A stretch of 64,000 nucleotides of DNA from Mustelus asterias (Eukaryota), in contig NW_027590170.1 in the NCBI RefSeq assembly GCF_964213995.1, positions 806,001 to 870,000 of the forward strand, in the 5' to 3' direction. A program made the translations under genes and the position numbers. The first letter of the stretch is position 1; each line of letters begins with the position of its first letter. The notes under the pieces were generated by a model. That model was not told the origin of the DNA. It made no database searches and saw only the letters and a program-made list of their open reading frames with translations. Below, piece by piece: positions 61,510 through 64,000 of the stretch.

Positions 61510-61820
61510 TTCAGGCAGCTAGCTGGATGTTTCTTTTCCAGGGCCTTGTCCCAGTGACCGAAAAAGGAACAGCGATATATTTCCAAGTCAGGATGGTGAT
61601 TGGCTTGGAGAGGAACTTCCAGGTTGTAGCGGTCTTGTGTTTGGAAGGGGCTCTCTAATTTATATTTGGTGAGTTCCTGCATCACTCAGATAAGTGGAGA
61701 ATATTCCATCACACTCCTGACTTGTGCCTTGTGGATGGTGGACAGGCGTTGGGGAGTCAGCTGAGTTGCTCGCCCCAGGATTCCTAGCCTCTGACCTGTT
61801 CTTGTAGCCACTGCATGAAC
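61510..61820 (-). mobile_element. fragment of the LINE family at 24087-27355
   Basis: Reverse complement matches 26740-27230 with deletions. Confidence 0.6.
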
Positions 61821-62230
61821 TGATAAAATGTGTGTTGAGTCAAAATAGGAGCGTTTCTTTTCCTGCTCAGGGTACAGAGAATTTTCAACACTTCTACTTC
61901 GTTTTTCAGACTGCCTATTGCGGCATACGTAACAGCTAATGTAATTTGGGTATAAAATACAATATTCAAGTACTATTCGACAGTTGATTCACTGAGGGGA
62001 ATGGTTAGTGGTTGGGTAGTCCTATTGTCTTTCGACAGCATTTGAGTTACAACACAGCAGATTTACTCAGCAACTCATTTCGAAGGCAATTTTGGGATGA
62101 TTGTAAATGAACAAAGACTATGCTGATGATGGAACTTTTCCTCACAAAACAACGCAGAGTTTTTGACAAAGTTTCTGCCTGATTTCGAAGCATCGGACCA
62201 ATATGTAACAACTGCCGCGCATTGGCAAGT

Positions 62231-62304
62231 GGGCCAGTAGCACAATGGATCATGCATCTGACTGTAAGTCAGAAGATTCCATGGTTTGATTCCTCGCTGG
62301 CTCG
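62231..62304 (+). pseudogene. tRNA-Arg(ACG)-derived pseudogene (anticodon now GTA)
   Basis: GGGCCAGTAGCACAATGGAT..TCTGACT-GTA-AGTCAGAAGATTCC..GCTGGCTCG. Confidence 0.75.
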
Positions 62305-62589
62305 GCGTAAACTTTTAAACTATGTTCACAAATTCCATGTTACTTTCGATAAGAGAGTTGACTTTATAACTTTAGACCGATTGAGATAAATGCTGACGAA
62401 CTTTAGTCAGCTTCTCTGGAGAAGTTAATGTTATCTAATTGTTTTTCAACAGAAGCCGACTATTTTAAGTTAAATTCTACGAAAGATTTGCATTAAGTAA
62501 GTTTAAGACATTAAATGAATGTTAATCTCAAATGCATTTTTGAGATAATTCAAATTACCTTAGAGAATTTACACAATTTTGTAAAATTT

Positions 62590-64000
62590 GCGTCATAACA
62601 TTCAGCATTTCTGATTTTGAAGTAACATTTGAGCCGAGGTCAGAGCAAAGATAAGATGGCTGCAACATCTAGATTCGGATAATGTTCAGCAACAAGCTGA
62701 AATCACGCAGATTTCCCTCACCCTGCATGAGAAAGCTTAAAGAATGCTCCTGCCCTGTTTCAAACCGGCGATGTCTCACGTGTGAAGCGAACGTGACAAC
62801 CACCACTGCACTACAGAAACAAAAGACAGCAACGCACCGCCAATCGTGCCTGACTACAATATTCAACCCTACTGTGTTGCTGAAGGTTCTAATTGTGAGA
62901 TTGAGAGCTCATGTCACTTAATCCAAGGAGACGTCCGTTCCTTTCAACCTGATATCTCAAGTTGCCTTGAACTTCCAAATTTAGAAGCTTTCGTCTGGCA
63001 AATATCTAAGGCAGCAACGGTTTCTGCTCATTCATTAATGCATCATTCTCATCTTTCTTCGAATAATCTCAATAAATTGTATTTAGTATTTGTTTCGTTA
63101 TTCAATATTTAATATCAATACATTATTTAACACGTCCTCATTATGAACTGAATATCGCTGAAATTGAATATTGCTGAATTGCAAACATAACTGACCAACA
63201 AAAGAATCGAGTCACCGAGTACTGCAGGTCCCATTTGTGCGTATTTGAGATAGCCAGATTTCCATAAGATCATAAGACATAGGAGCAGAATTAGACCACT
63301 CGGCCCATCGAGTCTGTTCCGCCATTCAATCATGGCTGATATTTTCCTCATCCCATTCCCCTGCCTTTTCCCCATAACCCCTCATCCCCTTGTTAATCAA
63401 GAACGTATCTATCTTTGTCTTAAAGACACCCATTGACCGGCCTCCGCAGCCTTCTGCGGCAAAGGGTTTGAAACAAAGTCAACTATTTTGAAATGGAAAT
63501 GATTGAAGATTTATCTATTAGTTCTAATTAATCCCTTTTTATTATGAATGTCAAACATTCAGGCGCCTAAATTCCGTCCACGGAATCGAACGTTCAGTAG
63601 ATCCGCACTGAGTCTCGATTTCCTTATCTGTCTGAGTCGTTTTTCGTATTTCTTTATTAGGAATATCGATTTTTAAAAAGTGGCTTCTGGAAAATGTGCG
63701 TAATTTCCCTTAGTTCGGTTACAGTATCATTTGTATCTGTCTTTTTGAGCAGACATTACTATTAGACATGTTTCAGATGGTTATTAACTATGTTAGTCTG
63801 CACCTATAAACACATTAAATTCTGTTGTAGGCTGAATGAGATGCTAACATATGCACAGTGTCGAAACATGAATGTTTCTATGCTGCGACTGTGTCATAAA
63901 AATGAGCATTTCTGATTTTGGTGAAAGCATTTGATACCGAGGTCACAGCAAAGATAATATGGCTGTTACATTCAGCTTTCGATAATGTTCGGCAACAAAC
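62590..64000 (-). repeat. further tRNA-Val array units (Val pseudogene 62745-62820; CR1 tail inserted ~63265-63465)
   Basis: Homologous to the 42875-50050 unit; runs off the window end. Confidence 0.85.

Noticed and set aside
1-64000. CRISPR arrays, rRNA, or TCR D/J/C segments
   Set aside because: No repeat-spacer array, rRNA similarity, 12-RSS + FGxG J segment or C exon was recognised

Overview
Eukaryotic genomic DNA, most likely a shark or other elasmobranch (inferred from HE1/V-type SINEs, CR1 and Penelope families, a GPR139-like gene and TCR V types). 1-17.7 kb is part of a T-cell receptor alpha/delta V cluster: two apparently intact V segments (minus strand), two pseudogenes (plus strand) and relics, each followed by an intact or degenerate 23-type RSS. 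One intact V has its leader fused to the V exon with no intron. 20.2-23.9 kb is an intact two-exon GPR139/142-like orphan GPCR. 32.0-38.3 kb is a decayed endogenous retrovirus (protease fragment, tether, RNase H, spuma-like integrase, PPT, truncated 3' LTR) whose env looks like a paramyxo/pneumovirus F-type fusion protein, i.e. lokiretrovirus-like. 30-64 kb also holds a tRNA pseudogene field dominated by a ~1.1-1.2 kb tandem repeat carrying tRNA-Val. Retroelements are abundant: CR1 (one intact ORF2; one full-length copy with a candidate -1 frameshift site), Rex1, Penelope elements with minimal hammerhead ribozymes, and SINEs, plus a hAT fragment. All calls are by eye; no database searches were run.
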